Below the pieces are notes generated by a model that made no database searches, was not told the origin of the DNA, and was given only the letters and a program-made list of their open reading frames with translations. A DNA stretch of 64,000 nucleotides from Candidatus Heimdallarchaeum endolithica (GTDB lineage Archaea > Asgardarchaeota > Heimdallarchaeia > Heimdallarchaeales > Heimdallarchaeaceae): positions 1,920,001 to 1,984,000 of the forward strand of contig CP084167.1 in assembly GCA_021513715.1 (NCBI GenBank), given 5' to 3'. This document shows, in pieces, positions 29,978 through 39,251 of the stretch. How positions within the stretch are numbered: position 1 is the first letter of the stretch; each line of letters opens with the position of its first letter. The position numbers were made by a program, and so were the translations under genes.

Positions 29978-30532
29978 TTAACTTTTTTGTTTTTTTTTCC
30001 AAGTATTTATCCTATTTTTTTGACGTTCAAAACCTTTCACAACATAAGAGTCGTGACCAAATTTTTTTACAAACATCTTTTTAGCTTCTTCAAAACTGAT
30101 TTCATTTTCTCCTTTTGAACAGTTGTCTGCAAACGAAACGATTTCTTCCTCAATAGTTTTAGGAACGTAATCATCTTCAGGAAGACCTAACTTTTTTGCT
30201 TCTTTTTTTGGAATACCTGTACCAATGTGTTTTTTTACAATATCAAGAACTTTTTCACTAATATTTTCTTTTTCTAAAATCTTTACTCCTTCAATTGCAT
30301 GAAAGATACTATGAGTTACAGATCTACCTATATCATGAAGCATTGCACCAGCAACTACAAGCTCCAAATTAACACCTTTTAAAGGTGAGGCTATTCGTTT
30401 CGCTATTTTTGTTACTACTTCACAGTGTCGAACTACATTTGGAGGAGTTTTATATTTTCTCAACAACATATAACATTCTTCTTCTGAAGGAATGTGTTTG
30501 TTTCGTTTTTGCATAAAAACTAAAAAAATCAA
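29978..30532 (-). CDS. HDIG/HD-domain phosphohydrolase
   Basis: VVRHC, AMLHDIGRS.TH..HA, HIGTG, FADN. Confidence 0.88.
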   Translation of the reverse strand: MIFLVFMQKRNKHIPSEEECYMLLRKYKTPPNVVRHCEVVTKIAKRIASPLKGVNLELVVAGAMLHDIGRSVTHSIFHAIEGVKILEKENISEKVLDIVKKHIGTGIPKKEAKKLGLPEDDYVPKTIEEEIVSFADNCSKGENEISFEEAKKMFVKKFGHDSYVVKGFERQKNRINTWKKKQKS

Positions 30533-30614
30533 TCTTTTTTAAACCATTCCGAGACAATTTTTTTTGCTTTTAACAAATGAAAAGAGATATAACATGTGAG
30601 TTTAGATTATTTTT

Positions 30615-31091
30615 ATGAAACGAGAACGACCTTCCTTATTTGAACTTAGACAACTAAAATGTATCGCTGATGTACAGTTTGGTATAGGCTCAGGTGATGT
30701 TTTATTTTCTAATGATATCTTAGTTGAAAGGTCAAAAAGTACCAAAAGAATAAGATATGTATATTTAAACCAATATAGAATTTGCTCTTATCGAGTAACA
30801 GATGGATTTTTAGTTTTATCTTTAATGGGAGGGGAACTACTTCACAGCGCCAACTGTGGAAATAAAGTTGTTTGTCATCCAGATGCCGAACCTTTTATTC
30901 GGAAGAGCAAATCTTTATTTTCACAACATGTTCTTGAGAGCAATAAAGATATTCTAGTAAAAGACGAGGTAATTATCACTAGCAAAACAAATGAATTTCT
31001 GGGCGTAGGAACAGCGAAACTATCTTCACAGTATATGCAACACCTCAAAAGAGGAGTTGCAGTTAATACAAGAAAAGGTAAAAAAAATTAA
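30615..31091 (+). CDS. Stand-alone PUA-domain protein (archaeosine TGT C-terminal-like)
   Basis: IADVQFG, SKSTKRIRYV, DG.LVLS..G, KSLFSQHV, GVAV. Confidence 0.82.
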   Translation: MKRERPSLFELRQLKCIADVQFGIGSGDVLFSNDILVERSKSTKRIRYVYLNQYRICSYRVTDGFLVLSLMGGELLHSANCGNKVVCHPDAEPFIRKSKSLFSQHVLESNKDILVKDEVIITSKTNEFLGVGTAKLSSQYMQHLKRGVAVNTRKGKKN

Positions 31092-31094
31092 TTC

Positions 31095-31463
31095 CTATTT
31101 GGATTTAAGTCTAACAATTGCACCTGCTAAATCGCCATTCTCTTCTTCTAAGGCTTTTTGTGCTTCAGACTTTGAAGCACCAGTTTGTGTCATTATTAGT
31201 TTTATGTCTTCTTCAGAAACTTTTTTCTCGGGCAATTTTTGAGAATCTGCAGTAATTGGTCTTTCAATACCTTGCCCAATAACTTGATACATCTCTTCTC
31301 CGAAAGTTATCTTTGACACAGTGGGGTTAGGAATTGCAATCTCTTTGTTCTTAAAACGGATTATCACTTCTTCAACACCGTTAAGTTCTACTGTTTTCAT
31401 CTTCCCTTGTAACTTTTTTAGTTCTCTTGGACTTAAAGGCCTTTTTCCCATCAATTCAATCAC
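31095..31463 (-). CDS. nac: Nascent polypeptide-associated complex protein
   Basis: VEEVIIR..I.NP.V..YQVIG; UBA-like SEEDIKLI..QTG..EA.KALEE.NGDLA.AI. Confidence 0.92.
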   Translation of the reverse strand: MIELMGKRPLSPRELKKLQGKMKTVELNGVEEVIIRFKNKEIAIPNPTVSKITFGEEMYQVIGQGIERPITADSQKLPEKKVSEEDIKLIMTQTGASKSEAQKALEEENGDLAGAIVRLKSK

Positions 31464-31471
31464 ATACTATT

Positions 31472-31771
31472 TTATTTATTTTCGTTTTCTTTCGTCTCAT
31501 CTTTTGAGATTTCATTTTCTTCGTCATCAAGATCTTCAAAGTCTATTTCTTCAGGAGTTGGAGTTATAATTAAAGTCCAACCTATCCAAGCAAGTAACAA
31601 CATTATGATTAGTATTGCAAAACTTATTATCCCTGCAGTTACATAATATCCAACAATCTGATATGTGTCGAAGTCTATTGCAGGAAGCACTATTGTTAAA
31701 ACAATGGTTGCACCTATCACTGCAATTGAAAAGAAAATTAAGAATAATCCAATTATTTTATCTTTGTTCAT
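31472..31771 (-). CDS. Small two-TM membrane protein with acidic tail (DPM2-like by eye)
   Basis: Two hydrophobic helices, WIGWTL..TP.P motif, GGAGG SD upstream. Confidence 0.7.
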   Translation of the reverse strand: MNKDKIIGLFLIFFSIAVIGATIVLTIVLPAIDFDTYQIVGYYVTAGIISFAILIIMLLLAWIGWTLIITPTPEEIDFEDLDDEENEISKDETKENENK

Positions 31772-31852
31772 TTAATATCCTCCGTTTCTTCTAAAAAATA
31801 TAGTTTCAATTAATATTTAGATTTTTCTGATAAGGCCCATTTTCTATTTACT

Positions 31853-32809
31853 TTACTTTAAACATTTTTGCTCATTCAACCACTCGACATATAATTTTAT
31901 TCCTTCCTTTATTGTTACTTTATTTGACCAACCCAGAGATCTAATTTTATTAGTATCCATTGAAGTAAAAACAACATCTCCTTTCCATCCTCTTTCGCCC
32001 CCAGTATATTTATAATTAACATTCGTAAGACCAAGAGCTTTGGTGAGTTCATCAGCGATTTCAGTTACAGAAATTGTTTCTGAGGAAGAAACATTAAAAA
32101 CATCAAAATTGTTTTTGTTGTTATAATTTAACAATAGATTAAATGCCTCAATAGTATCAGAGATATATAAGTATGTTTTTGTTTGTTTTCCATTACCTAA
32201 AATAATGAGCTCTTTTGGATTTTGCTTTAACTTATTATAAAAATCATACATTACACCATGAGTAGAACGAGGTCCAAAAATATTTCCTAATCTTATTGAA
32301 GTTATTTGCATTGAATACAGAGAAGAATAACTACTACAGTACATCTCTATTGCTGCTTTTGCAGCACCATAGTTTGAAATGGGTTTTAGTGGTTGATTTT
32401 CAGCATTTGATTTTTGCGTTTCTCCATAAATTGTTCCTCCAGAACTCGCAAAAATCATCCTTGGGATATCCTTTTTTCTCATCAATTCTAAGATATTAAA
32501 TGAGCCATCAACATTGATTTCAAAATCCAGTCTTGGATTATTCACACTAACTTTCACATCTGGTTGCGCTGCCAAATGAATAATACAACTGTATTCTCTA
32601 TCAAGCTGTAGTAGTTTTTCAAAATCTCGAATATCAAATTGGTAAAAATCTACCTTTTTGTTGTCTAGGTACCCCTGGATATATTGTAAATTTGTTCCTG
32701 CAGAAAGATCATCAATAATGGTAACAAAATGACCATCTTTAACAAACTGATCAACAATATGGGAACCTATGAAACCGCATCCTCCAGTTACTAATATGTT
32801 TTTTTCCAT
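31853..32809 (-). CDS. NAD-dependent epimerase/dehydratase (GalE-like)
   Basis: GGCGFIGSH, HLAAQ, SS, YGAAK, RLGNIFGPR, GERGWKGDV. Confidence 0.9.
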   Translation of the reverse strand: MEKNILVTGGCGFIGSHIVDQFVKDGHFVTIIDDLSAGTNLQYIQGYLDNKKVDFYQFDIRDFEKLLQLDREYSCIIHLAAQPDVKVSVNNPRLDFEINVDGSFNILELMRKKDIPRMIFASSGGTIYGETQKSNAENQPLKPISNYGAAKAAIEMYCSSYSSLYSMQITSIRLGNIFGPRSTHGVMYDFYNKLKQNPKELIILGNGKQTKTYLYISDTIEAFNLLLNYNNKNNFDVFNVSSSETISVTEIADELTKALGLTNVNYKYTGGERGWKGDVVFTSMDTNKIRSLGWSNKVTIKEGIKLYVEWLNEQKCLK

Positions 32810-32824
32810 TTAATTCAACCTATT

Positions 32825-34090
32825 TTATCCTATTGTTCTCAGAAAATCCTCTAATGCACCTAGAAAAACTTCAATCTCATCAAATGTGTTATAAATATAG
32901 AGTGAAGCACGAACTGATCCTTCACCTTTACCAGGATTCATTCCAATACTGTACGCAAATGGATGAACACAATGATTACCTGCCCTCATCATAATTCTAT
33001 GCTGGGGGAGCATATCATTCATATACATTGAAACATCATTATGGGAAACAACATCAGATTTTGGTCTAAAAGACACTAAAGCAGCTCTATTTTTCAGTTC
33101 TGTAGAACCAATTATTTCTATCCCTTCCAAATCTAACATCCCCCTAAGTAATTTTCTTAGAAGAGATTGCTCTCTGTTATGGACCTCTTCCATTCCAATA
33201 TTCATCAAATAATCTACTGCTGCACCAACCCCCATCATCCCTGCATAATTTTGCAACCCGGCTTCAAATTTATGAGGTGGTGGGAGATATTTTGGTATTA
33301 TCTTACCATCTTTATAAACTACATCTTCAATTACATCTCCTCCAACAAAGAACATATCCATCTCTTCTAGGAGATCATATTTACCATAAAGAACGCCCAT
33401 TCCTGAAGGCCCACATGCTTTATGCATACTCAATACAGCTATATCAACATCTAATTTTTTCACATCCAATGGAGCATGGGGAGCATATTGAGCCTCATCA
33501 GAAATCACTAATGCATTGTGTTCATGAGCTATTTCTATTATTTCTTTTAATGGAGCAATCGTTCCAGTGACGTTCGATGCATGAACAAGAGAAACAATTC
33601 TTGTATTATCATCAATTTTTTTTTCAAAATCACTTAAGTCAAATCGACCATCTTTGGAAGCATTTACTATCCTAAATTCACTACCTACTTTTTTTGCTCG
33701 TTCATAAAAAGGAAGCATACCAGAATGGTGTTCAAGGGAAGTCGTGACAATATTTTGATTTTTAGTAATAGATATACTGTTAGCTGCAATGTTTAACCCC
33801 TCTGTTGCATTTCTTGTCCAGATTATTTCTCTCGAATCTTTAGCATTTATAAATTTAGCAACTTTATCTCTAGCTTCTTCAGCCAACAGGCTTGTTTCTG
33901 TGCCTAAAGAATGAGTAGAGCGTCCAGCCCCACCACATGCACCCAAATATCTATAATAATATTCAATTGTTTCCCATACTTGTTTTGGTTTTAATGACAT
34001 ACATGCTGAATCAAAATAAATCAAAATTTTTCCTTCGTAAAGCTGATCTAGAACAGGAAAATCTTTTCTAATTCTATGCCAAACAACCAT
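32825..34090 (-). CDS. SufS-type cysteine desulfurase
   Basis: YFDSA, EHHS, SNVTG, SMHKACGP (PLP Lys), FEAG, RAGNHC catalytic Cys. Confidence 0.9.
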   Translation of the reverse strand: MVVWHRIRKDFPVLDQLYEGKILIYFDSACMSLKPKQVWETIEYYYRYLGACGGAGRSTHSLGTETSLLAEEARDKVAKFINAKDSREIIWTRNATEGLNIAANSISITKNQNIVTTSLEHHSGMLPFYERAKKVGSEFRIVNASKDGRFDLSDFEKKIDDNTRIVSLVHASNVTGTIAPLKEIIEIAHEHNALVISDEAQYAPHAPLDVKKLDVDIAVLSMHKACGPSGMGVLYGKYDLLEEMDMFFVGGDVIEDVVYKDGKIIPKYLPPPHKFEAGLQNYAGMMGVGAAVDYLMNIGMEEVHNREQSLLRKLLRGMLDLEGIEIIGSTELKNRAALVSFRPKSDVVSHNDVSMYMNDMLPQHRIMMRAGNHCVHPFAYSIGMNPGKGEGSVRASLYIYNTFDEIEVFLGALEDFLRTIG

Positions 34091-34092
34091 TC

Positions 34093-34341
34093 TTATCCCT
34101 CAGTTTCTGGATCATGTACTAGCTCCCAAAGGAATCCAGAACTAGTCCACTTTCTCTCAACAATTCCTTCTTCAACAAGTTTTTTTCCTGCTAAAATAAC
34201 GTCTCCACCACTAGCGCACCCAGAACACAGTTCAGGAAACAAATCACGTAAAGCTAGTATATCTTTTGTTGATGCAGGATTCTTTTTCCTTAAAATTGCT
34301 AAGACACAGTCTATATTTTTCTCCTCAAAACCACTTGACAT
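34093..34341 (-). CDS. Small Cys-containing winged-helix-like protein
   Basis: CSGC motif; KKLVEEGIVERKW..GFLWEL wing; 2 bp upstream of the desulfurase. Confidence 0.65.
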   Translation of the reverse strand: MSSGFEEKNIDCVLAILRKKNPASTKDILALRDLFPELCSGCASGGDVILAGKKLVEEGIVERKWTSSGFLWELVHDPETEG

Positions 34342-34505
34342 TTAACTCAATTCATTGTTTTTAAACCCGCTTTTAAAAATTATGGAAATAATTACTGTTT
34401 TTTTCTTCCATTACAAAACGTGATTTATACAATTTGCGTTTTTTTAAGCAATGAAAAATCTTTTCAAGTATAAGTTTTTGTGTTATCTGGAAAGAAAATT
34501 CTCAA

Positions 34506-35042
34506 ATGGTGAAATTATTGGTCAATTTACATCGTTGTGAAATGTGTGGGCGTGAAGTCCCGCGTCTAACTGAAATTGAAATAGAGGGAGCCCGATTATT
34601 AGTTTGTTCCAATTGCTCAAGACATGGAAAGAAAGTTGTAAAAAAAACTGTTTCTCAAACAAAGAAAAGATTTGTTCGAGGTCCATCGCAAACAAAGAAA
34701 ACTAGTACAACTAGAGAAAAGCCAAAAATGACTATTCAAAGACGGAGTGAAGAAACAATTGTTTTGGCTGAAGATTATGATAAAAGGCTTAGGTTAGCTA
34801 GACAAAAAATGAATCTAACTCAAAAAGATGTTGCAAATAAAACCAAGATATCTGCTAGTAACATACAAAGTTTTGAATTAAAGAAACTTCGACCTACAGA
34901 TGAACAAATAAAAATACTTGAAAAATTCTTTGGCATTACTCTCACAGAGAAAATAATCAACTATGGAAGTGGAGAACAAAAGACTTCAAGAAACTACCAG
35001 ACTCTAGGCGATATAGTTGTAATAAAGAAAAAAACAGATTAA
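34506..35042 (+). CDS. Archaeal multiprotein bridging factor 1
   Basis: CEMCG..IEGARL.VC.NC Zn ribbon, HTH (ARQKMNLTQKDVA), TLGDIV tail. Confidence 0.92.
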   Translation: MVKLLVNLHRCEMCGREVPRLTEIEIEGARLLVCSNCSRHGKKVVKKTVSQTKKRFVRGPSQTKKTSTTREKPKMTIQRRSEETIVLAEDYDKRLRLARQKMNLTQKDVANKTKISASNIQSFELKKLRPTDEQIKILEKFFGITLTEKIINYGSGEQKTSRNYQTLGDIVVIKKKTD

Positions 35043-35055
35043 AGGAAGAGTTAAT

Positions 35056-35268
35056 TTAAAAGGCTTTAACATTCATTTTACTTTGAAGATCTCGAATTAA
35101 AGATTCAGCTTCCTTAATTGGAAGTTTAAAAGTATATAATTTCTTTTTTGTTCTAAACTTTAATTTTATTTTGTCTTTAGACCTTTTTGTTCTTAACTCT
35201 CCATTTTGCTCGATGGTTAATTGAATAACTTTTTCTAATTGTTCCTTAGTAGTGAGTTCCATTGGCAT
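35056..35268 (-). CDS. rpl38e: Ribosomal protein eL38 (start refined to ATG 35268, MPMEL..., 70 aa)
   Basis: MP start, KIKLKFRTKKKLYT matches eL38 K.K.R..RYLYT pattern, EAE.L...L. Confidence 0.8.
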   Translation of the reverse strand: MPMELTTKEQLEKVIQLTIEQNGELRTKRSKDKIKLKFRTKKKLYTFKLPIKEAESLIRDLQSKMNVKAF

Positions 35269-35371
35269 TTTCTTCATAGTGCTGCTATCACTTTTCATTA
35301 AAAATGTTTCTTTTGAAGAAAAAATGTTTTTGTCTATAACTTTCTGAACAAGAATCATCTTTTCTTGTTTT

Positions 35372-36637
35372 CTAATACCCATATATTTTATATCGAAGTA
35401 TTGCAGCTATACCTCCAAAAGCTTTGTAGAGCACCATACCATCCTCATGCTTTGTACTAATAATTTCGATATTAGCTCCTGTTTCTTCAGCTTTTTGCTT
35501 TAATTCACTTACAAGATCCTTTTCATTTATTATTTCTAAACTTGTATCTCCACATTTTGGGCATTTTTTACTTGATAGATTATTAATGTAATCTTCATAA
35601 TTGGAAACAATTACTGTATCATTTATTTCATTCCCGCAAGAATTACATTTCAGTTCAAACGTTATCCTATCTACCTCTTCAGAGATAAGTACAATATCAA
35701 CAGCTGCTTTCTCTAAAGCTTCTCTAACTTGCTTTTCTCCATATGTAATTAAACCAGTATCTTTACCAAGATGTGTAAGAAACTGCTGCATTAATTTTCT
35801 TTCTTTTACTAATTCAAAGTCTTGAAGCAAATCTTGAGCTTGTTCTATTAATTCTTTAATCCCAGCCTTTCCTGTATAGCCTACATCAAAAGTACCAAGT
35901 ATTTTCTCTTTAATTCGATAATCTATAGCTTTACTTTCCAAATACTTCGAATTTGATATTGCAGGGCCACCTACAATTATAGCTTCAACTGGGAAAGATT
36001 CTAAATATATTTCATTCATCATTTGAGCCATTTTATTGTACCAGGCATTTGCTGCTTCTTCTACTAAACGTTGAAAACGTCTTTGTGATTGTCCACCCAT
36101 TTTATGCTTTTTTGGAACGTGAGATTCTTCATCTCTAATTATTTTCAGATCATTTCCTCTCAATACAGCAAAAGTAGCTCCTCCTCGAGATATAATAACC
36201 AAACCATAACTTGTTTTTGGTTCCAACATCTCCCTTAACGGTTCTGTGTGGAATTTGTTATCACACATGTACAATTTGATTCCAACAGGTTCTGGTGGAA
36301 CAATTGAATGAAACTCCATTTTATTTAATCCTGTCATCCCACAAAAAATTACCAAACCGTTTTCTGTATTACGCATATTTTTAATCCTAGCCATAATCGA
36401 AGTTAATGCAGCTTGTACTGCCTTTCCAGTATTTTTATCTTTAATATTTGATGCGGTTCCATGTTCATCTAATAATTGGCTACGTATATCAGACAACCTA
36501 GTACCAGGAGGTATATACAATGAAATTAAAGATGTTGACATATTAAATGATTTTTTTTGTTCTAGTCGTTTTATAGATTGTCTAAGTTCATACAATTCTA
36601 CACTGGTACGTTTTTTATTTTCTTTAGTATCAGTCAA
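35372..36637 (-). CDS. prf1: Peptide chain release factor aRF1
   Basis: ISLYIPP, ASNIKD, YMCDNKF, KH.MGGQSQRRF, CNSC/CPKC minidomain, FGGIAAILRY. Confidence 0.96.
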   Translation of the reverse strand: MTDTKENKKRTSVELYELRQSIKRLEQKKSFNMSTSLISLYIPPGTRLSDIRSQLLDEHGTASNIKDKNTGKAVQAALTSIMARIKNMRNTENGLVIFCGMTGLNKMEFHSIVPPEPVGIKLYMCDNKFHTEPLREMLEPKTSYGLVIISRGGATFAVLRGNDLKIIRDEESHVPKKHKMGGQSQRRFQRLVEEAANAWYNKMAQMMNEIYLESFPVEAIIVGGPAISNSKYLESKAIDYRIKEKILGTFDVGYTGKAGIKELIEQAQDLLQDFELVKERKLMQQFLTHLGKDTGLITYGEKQVREALEKAAVDIVLISEEVDRITFELKCNSCGNEINDTVIVSNYEDYINNLSSKKCPKCGDTSLEIINEKDLVSELKQKAEETGANIEIISTKHEDGMVLYKAFGGIAAILRYKIYGY

Positions 36638-36739
36638 TAGTTTTCTCCTCGTATATTCATAACTATGTTTTTGACAACGACTCTAAAACCCTTTTTTTGT
36701 TTTGTTATTTAATATTTTTTTTTCAAACAGATTATATAC

Positions 36740-37749
36740 TGTATACTCAACTCACATTGGTAACAAATAAATAGAAGTGGGTTACGTGGGTAAGTGATAT
36801 ATTATGAACAAAAACGAACGTAACCTGGAGAAACTAAGAAAGATTGTGGTTAAAAAAGCTTTGGAAGGAGAGAAGATAAAAGAAGTAGCTCACAAGTATA
36901 TGGTGAGTAGGAAGTTTGTGTATAAGTGGTTGAAGAGGTTCAGAGAGAACCCTGAAGGAGTATGGTGGAAAGATAGATCTTCCAGACCAAAAACTATACA
37001 CAGGAAAGTAGATGAGGAGTTAAAAGAGAGGATAAGGGAGTTAAGAATAAAACAAGGAATGAATGTGGAGAAGATAGCTTATTTGTTGAAGAGAGAAGGA
37101 AAAGCACTCTCTCAGACGACAGTGACGAAAGTAATAAAAGAGTTAGGTCTTCCTTTATGGGTTAATAGAAAAAAGAGGAAAAGACCTCGATACAAGAGTT
37201 TTGAACGTCAAAAACCTAACGAACTCTGGCAAATAGATGTGAAAGGACCATTCTGGGTAGAAGAACAGGGACAACATCTCCACCTCATAACCTTGATAGA
37301 CGACCACTCACGATTCTGTCTGGGAGCTGAATTCCACCCTTTTGCACCAAAAAAAGAGCAGATAATAAGTTTGCTAGAGGAAGCAATAAAAGAGTACGGT
37401 TACCCCGAGTCTATACTTACTGACAATGGAGCACTCTTCTCTTCCGTTAGAGGAGGAACAAGTACCTTCTCCCGTTGGTGTCAAACAGAAGGAATAAAGC
37501 ACATCAGAGCTAGAGTTTTTCACCCCGAAACATGTGGAAAAGTAGAAAGACTACATGGGACAATCATCCGTGAGATGGAAAGATTAGGTCTAAAATACTG
37601 CAACGCAGATCTCTCCTACTACCGCTCTTACTACAATTTTAGTCGTCCTCACCAATCTCTTAACTTCCTCACCCCAGGAGAAAGATTTATGAATCACCCC
37701 TATGTTTCTCTAGTACCCAAAAGTGTAACCCAAGTCTATTGAGTAAACA
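36740..37749 (+). mobile_element. IS481-family insertion sequence, copy 1 (1010 bp), intact
   Basis: Ends TGTATACTCAA / TTGAGTAAACA (10/11 inverted); 16-bp direct repeat CAAACAGATTATATAC at 36724-36739 and 37750-37765. Confidence 0.93.
36804..37742 (+). CDS. IS481-family DDE transposase
   Basis: N-terminal HTH, PNELWQID, IDDHSR, LTDNG, GKVERLH, YN..RPHQSL..TP. Confidence 0.93.
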   Translation: MNKNERNLEKLRKIVVKKALEGEKIKEVAHKYMVSRKFVYKWLKRFRENPEGVWWKDRSSRPKTIHRKVDEELKERIRELRIKQGMNVEKIAYLLKREGKALSQTTVTKVIKELGLPLWVNRKKRKRPRYKSFERQKPNELWQIDVKGPFWVEEQGQHLHLITLIDDHSRFCLGAEFHPFAPKKEQIISLLEEAIKEYGYPESILTDNGALFSSVRGGTSTFSRWCQTEGIKHIRARVFHPETCGKVERLHGTIIREMERLGLKYCNADLSYYRSYYNFSRPHQSLNFLTPGERFMNHPYVSLVPKSVTQVY

Positions 37750-37838
37750 CAAACAGATTATATACAAAAATGTTTTACAAAAACAAGAGAGAAATAATAA
37801 AAAGATTGAACGATATAAAAATTAAAAAAATTTCTTAT

Positions 37839-38033
37839 TTAAGGTTTATATTTTCTCATTTTCTCCATTCCTTTCAAAACCTTAACAACTTTGTAAATTT
37901 GCTCAATTTCTCTTACACTTGAACGGGGTTTAGATGTAAGAATATTTTCATAATTCCAGATTTTCCTTTCTGGATTATCTTTTAGATTAACAACGGGGAT
38001 TGTAGAAACATCTTTTCTAATTTCTTTGGACAT
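37839..38033 (-). CDS. Small hypothetical protein (64 aa)
   Basis: ATG-initiated ORF occupying otherwise intergenic space; no recognised motif. Confidence 0.45.
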   Translation of the reverse strand: MSKEIRKDVSTIPVVNLKDNPERKIWNYENILTSKPRSSVREIEQIYKVVKVLKGMEKMRKYKP

Positions 38034-38314
38034 AATATCATATTAAACTCGTGGTTATGTTTATTTCATACTACGTAATACTAAGGAAATATTCAAAACA
38101 AAACAAGAGATAACCCTAGTACAACCATTAGGAGAAATATCAGAAAAAATGAACTCAAATCGAACCACCAATTATTGGATTTATTGTCGAGAGAATAGCT
38201 GAGATAATAAGAAATTATAAATACCAGATACTCCATTATTATTTAGAACTATTTCTCTTTCAGAGAAAGAAATAAATATTATTGAAAATAAAAAAAAACG
38301 AGGATATTGGTATC

Positions 38315-39178
38315 ATGTCAATCTTAGATTGGATAGACAAACTTCCACCACTAATTGAAGATAATGGACTGAAATTATTAATTTATCTCATTATTATTTT
38401 TGCAATAATTACAGCAGTAATAGTTCACTTTTCAACAAAGGGAGAATATCGTTCATCAGGAGGACTAACATTAAAGGAACTTGATTTTGATATTAGTCGG
38501 CCCATTTCAGATATAGCACCAGAAGAAAGAATTGAAATATTAAAAATTGAAAAGGAAAAATTTATAGCTGCTCGCAAAGCGCTAACTGACTCCTACAAAC
38601 GCAAGAAATTAAGTGACACTATTTTTGAAAGACTATCAGTAAGGTATGCTTCAGATCTCAAGAAAATAGAAGATGAAATTGAGAGAACAGAAAAAGAAGC
38701 AGAAGTTAGTCAGTTAGAAGAAGAATTAAAGAAAATGCAAGGAGACTATCTAGCAAAAATTGCTGGAGAAACAAAGGTTGAAACAACACCTTCTACTGCG
38801 CCAACAACTCCACCACCGTCAGCACCAACTGCACCAACACCAACCCCTGTAGCTCCATCCAAAACAGTAACTCCACCAACACCAACAACACCAACTGCAC
38901 CAACACCAACCCCTGTAACTCCACCCAAAACAGTAACTCCACCAACACCAATAACACCAACTGCACCAACACCAAGCACATCGGCTCCAATACCAGCACC
39001 GATAAAACCACCGGCCTCTGTAGCACAAACAACCCCTCAAGCACCAGTAGACACTAGTTCAGGAACAGATGATCAAGGGGATTTATTTGCAAAAAGCACA
39101 TCTATTGCCGCTTTAAGAAAAGAGATGTTGAAAGAGTTAGATCGCCTAAAAGCATTTATGTCTGAACAAAATAAATGA
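38315..39178 (+). CDS. Membrane-anchored coiled-coil protein with Pro/Thr tandem repeats and C-terminal amphipathic helix (probable start ATG 38315)
   Basis: [19 protein letters not shown]; heptad-rich middle; PT-rich linker; [19 protein letters not shown] tail. Confidence 0.8.
   Translation: MSILDWIDKLPPLIEDNGLKLLIYLIIIFAIITAVIVHFSTKGEYRSSGGLTLKELDFDISRPISDIAPEERIEILKIEKEKFIAARKALTDSYKRKKLSDTIFERLSVRYASDLKKIEDEIERTEKEAEVSQLEEELKKMQGDYLAKIAGETKVETTPSTAPTTPPPSAPTAPTPTPVAPSKTVTPPTPTTPTAPTPTPVTPPKTVTPPTPITPTAPTPSTSAPIPAPIKPPASVAQTTPQAPVDTSSGTDDQGDLFAKSTSIAALRKEMLKELDRLKAFMSEQNK
38825..38975 (+). repeat. 66-bp coding tandem repeat x2.3 ([19 protein letters not shown])
   Basis: ccaactgcaccaacaccaa recurs at 38825, 38891 and 38957. 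Confidence 0.92.
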
Positions 39179-39251
39179 GATAAAAGTATACAACCATGTG
39201 TGTTTATTTTTTTTAATTAGCACACTTCTTTTTTGTTTTCGGTGATAAATT

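Noticed and set aside
38746-39044. Three antisense ORFs including a Cys/Trp-rich one (38819-39040) resembling a RiPP or metallothionein
   Set aside because: They are the reverse-complement shadow of the CCA/ACA-rich Pro/Thr repeat on the + strand.
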